A stretch of 64,000 bases of DNA from Squalus acanthias (lineage: Eukaryota): the NCBI GenBank assembly GCA_030390025.1, contig JASTWF010000324.1:372001-436000 (forward strand). The letters run 5' to 3'. A program made the translations under genes and the position numbers. How positions within the stretch are numbered: position 1 is the first letter of the stretch; every line of letters starts with the position of its first letter. Below the pieces are notes generated by a model that was not told the origin of the DNA, searched no databases, and saw only the letters and a program-made list of their open reading frames with translations. This document shows, in pieces, positions 62,836 to 64,000 of the stretch.

Positions 62836-64000
62836 CCCTGCGAGTGTTTGATGGGACAGTGTAGAGGGATCTTTACTCTGTATCTAACCCGTGCTGTACC
62901 TGCCCTGGGAGTGTTTGATGGGACAGTGTAGAGGGAGCTTTCCTCTGTATCTAACCCGTGATGTACCTGCCCTGGGAGTGTTTGATGGGACAGTGTAGAG
63001 GGAGCTTTCCTCTGTATCTAACCCGTGCTGTACCTGGCCTGGGAGTGTTTGATGGGACAGTGTAGAGGGGGCTATACTCTGCATCATACCCGTGCTGTAC
63101 CTGCCCTGGGAGAGTTTGATGGGACAGTGTAGAGGGAGTTTTACTCTGTATCTAACCCGTGCTGTACCTGCCCTGGGAGTGTTTGATGGGACAGTGTAGA
63201 GGGAGCTTTACTATGTATCTAACGCGTGTTGTACCTGCCTTGGGAGTGTTTGATGGGGACAGTGTAGAGGGAGCTTTACGCTGTATCTAACCCGTGCTGT
63301 ACCTGCCCTGGGAGTGTTTGATGGGACAGTGTAGAGGGAGCTTTACTATGTATCTAACGCGTGTTGTACCCTCGTGTTTGTTGGGACAGGGTAGAGGGAG
63401 CTTTACACTGTATCTAACCCGTGCTGTACCTGCCCTGGGAGTGTTTGATGGGGACAGTGTAGAGGGAGCTTTACTATGTATCTATCCCGTGCTGTATCTG
63501 CCCTGGGAGTGTTTGTTGGGACAGTGTAGAGGGAGCTTTACTCTGTATCTAACCTGTGCTGTACCTGGCCTGGGAGTGTTTGATGGGACAGTGTAGAGGG
63601 AGTTTTACTCTGTATCTAACCCGTGCTGTACCTGCCCTGGGAGTTTTTGATGGGACAGTGTAGAGGGACCTTTACTCTGTATCTAACCCGTGCTGTACCT
63701 GCCCTGGGAGTGTTTGTTGGGACAGTGTAGAGGGAGCTTTACTCTGTATCTAACCCGTGCTGTACCTGGCCTGGGAGTGTTTGATGGGACAGAGTAGAGG
63801 AAGTTTTACTCTGTATCTACCCCGTGCTGTACCTGGCCTGGGTTTGTTTGATGGGACAGTGTAGAGGGACCTTTACTCTGTATCTAACCCGTGCTGTACC
63901 TGCCCTGGGAGTGTTTGTTGGGACAGTGTAGAGGGAGCTTTACTCTGTATCTAACCCGTGCTGTACCTGGCCTGGGAGTGTTTGATGGGACAGAGTAGAG
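62836..64000 (-). repeat. 67-bp satellite array, reverse orientation
   Basis: Unit gggagtgtttgatgggacagtgtagagggagctttactctgtatctaacccgtgctgtacctgccct. Confidence 0.97.

Overview
Repeat-dominated vertebrate genomic DNA. The repeat content (CR1 and L2 LINE fragments, DeuSINE-type and HE1-type SINEs, a 67-bp satellite) points to a cartilaginous fish. There is a 500-N assembly gap at 29641-30140. I could not identify any host protein-coding gene, and most long ORFs in the track are by-products of simple repeats. The stand-out feature is a retrovirus-like LTR element at 17004-~23880, inserted into the 67-bp satellite. It has a ~1.96-kb TG...CA LTR carrying a captured SINE, and an 18-nt tRNA-Arg(UCG)-type primer-binding site overlapping the gag start codon. 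Its 599-aa gag is intact (coiled coil, PSAPPSY late domain, capsid-like region, CCHC knuckle). It has no recognisable pol: the gag frame instead continues past a UGA-CUG stop into a ~367-codon coiled-coil/acidic/repeat region. The env combines a signal peptide, an Ig-like domain and a furin-cleaved, F-type (lokiretrovirus/pneumovirus-like) fusion module, and is cut off by the satellite before the TM anchor and 3' LTR. Sequence at ~26.5-29.6 kb reappears inverted at ~61.1-64 kb, possibly an assembly artefact. All family assignments were made by eye from motifs and need confirming by search.
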